32,000 nt of DNA from positions 90,001 through 122,000 of the forward strand of contig CP011211.1 in the NCBI GenBank assembly GCA_001029695.1, given 5' to 3'. The stretch's first letter is position 1. Each line of letters starts with the position of its first letter. The DNA comes from Candidatus Saccharimonadota bacterium. GTDB lineage: Bacteria; Patescibacteriota; Saccharimonadia; Saccharimonadales; Saccharimonadaceae. The translations under genes were made by a program, and so were the position numbers. The notes beneath the pieces are model-generated. The model had not been told where the DNA came from. It searched no databases and saw nothing but the letters and a program-made list of their open reading frames with translations. Shown one piece after another: positions 31,288-32,000 of this stretch.

Positions 31288-32000
31288 TCATTTCTCTCCA
31301 GTTGCAATCTGCTTGCACGTTTCGAGAGTGGGATCTTTCTCTCCGGCTATGAGGGAGACCATTCTCTGGTCGGCATTGCCGTGGATGTAGCTGGGATCAT
31401 CAGTTGAAATCGCCATGAGTGTATCATAGGCGTATCTGATATTTTCGGGAGAGTAGCCTACTTCCTTGAAGATAGCTCCCATGACGCAGTCTGCCGCTAG
31501 CTCATAGTTGTGTGCCGAGAGAGTGGTGGTTGCAAGCTGTTGCGATAGCCAGTGATGACCCCATTCGTGCTTGAGACCAAGCTTGGCTGTCATGCCGTTA
31601 TCGCCACGATCGTAAAAGCTCTGCAGCTGTTTCTCTCCGATATATATCGAGCTATCTGGAGGGCAGTAGAAAAAACTTTCACTGTCTGCGACAGATTTTT
31701 TACCATCGCTGTAGCACGGCGTGTTTACATCTTGCCCCTCCTTGATCAAATACCAAAGGGGCTTAGATATCTCAGGTAGTCTCGCTGCATACGTTTGTGG
31801 AATACCGACGTCACTGATGAAGTTTTGAAGAATTGTCTCATTTTCGTAGCAGTTTTCGCTCTTCGGGCATGGTGTGCAGATGTTGTCTTCGGTCTTGCTG
31901 TACTGCTTAGCGCAGTTACCGGTATTTGCACCAGAGAGCGAAAGATCTTCGAGTGGGCCGCAGCCTATAGCTAATAGACTAAGCGCGCACACTATAAGGA
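31288..32000 (-). CDS. YpfJ-like neutral zinc metallopeptidase, probable lipoprotein; the 5' end runs off the window
   Basis: HExxH (KHEWGHHWL) followed by YELAADCVMGAIF, as in the YpfJ/Zn_peptidase family. Lipobox-like LLAIGCG near the N-terminus. The reading frame stays open to position 32000. Confidence 0.7.
   Translation of the reverse strand, partial: LIVCALSLLAIGCGPLEDLSLSGANTGNCAKQYSKTEDNICTPCPKSENCYENETILQNFISDVGIPQTYAARLPEISKPLWYLIKEGQDVNTPCYSDGKKSVADSESFFYCPPDSSIYIGEKQLQSFYDRGDNGMTAKLGLKHEWGHHWLSQQLATTTLSAHNYELAADCVMGAIFKEVGYSPENIRYAYDTLMAISTDDPSYIHGNADQRMVSLIAGEKDPTLETCKQIATGEK

Noticed and set aside
1-32000. CRISPR arrays, tRNA/rRNA genes, transposases, integrases, phage structural genes and long direct repeats.
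   Set aside because: Scanning the intergenic regions by eye found no spaced direct repeats, no cloverleaf-compatible T-loop (GTTCGAATC-type) sequences and no recombinase-like ORFs. The only repeats are the 19-bp inverted repeat at 9792-9846, the terminator stems and the 11-nt IDEEV-coding repeat.

Overview
This is a gene-dense bacterial chromosomal window, about 90% coding and mostly on the minus strand. The gene content suggests a reduced-genome, Gram-positive-like or CPR/Patescibacteria (Saccharibacteria-like) organism; that taxonomic guess is inference only.

Recognisable housekeeping genes:
- FAD-linked oxidase (truncated at the left edge)
- ABC-2 exporter pair
- TspO, HD-domain protein, FKBP, PAP2 phosphatase, aldo-keto reductase
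- DnaQ-exonuclease/GIY-YIG (Cho-like) fusion
- tgt, AI-2E transporter, cysS, DHH/DHHA1 (nrnA-like)
- recR, ybaB, a GT-C membrane glycosyltransferase, dnaB, dnaX
- rplL, rplJ, tmk, dcd, thyX, a membrane-anchored esterase, rplA
- YpfJ-like Zn-metallopeptidase lipoprotein (truncated at the right edge)

I found no tRNA or rRNA genes, CRISPR array, transposase or integrase. I also found no multi-gene operon that I can defend as a defence or toxin system.

The most interesting signals come from sequence organisation:
1. At least five SD-less genes carry an (often extended) -10 element 6-8 nt before the ATG, implying leaderless mRNAs. One of these sits in a 19-bp perfect inverted repeat that duplicates a whole promoter back-to-back.
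2. An accessory stretch at 5.7-9.1 kb holds monocistronic orphan genes. It includes a protein with a colicin-type HNH (His-Me finger) motif, and a ~350-nt non-coding leader with terminator and alternative-helix features.
3. Three unannotated small, basic ORFs lie at 14.7-15.4 kb. One is missing from the ORF track and two are ATGA-coupled.
4. Several core proteins are atypical. L1 has a ~100-aa N-terminal HeH-like extension, RecR lacks 3 of 4 zinc-finger cysteines, and Tgt has an altered substrate-pocket motif plus an insertion.
5. The rplA / rplJL cluster is split by a thyX-dcd-tmk module, an esterase and an orphan gene.

Many ORF-track starts are over-extended through alternative start codons; I re-set them where an SD or promoter geometry supports a different start.
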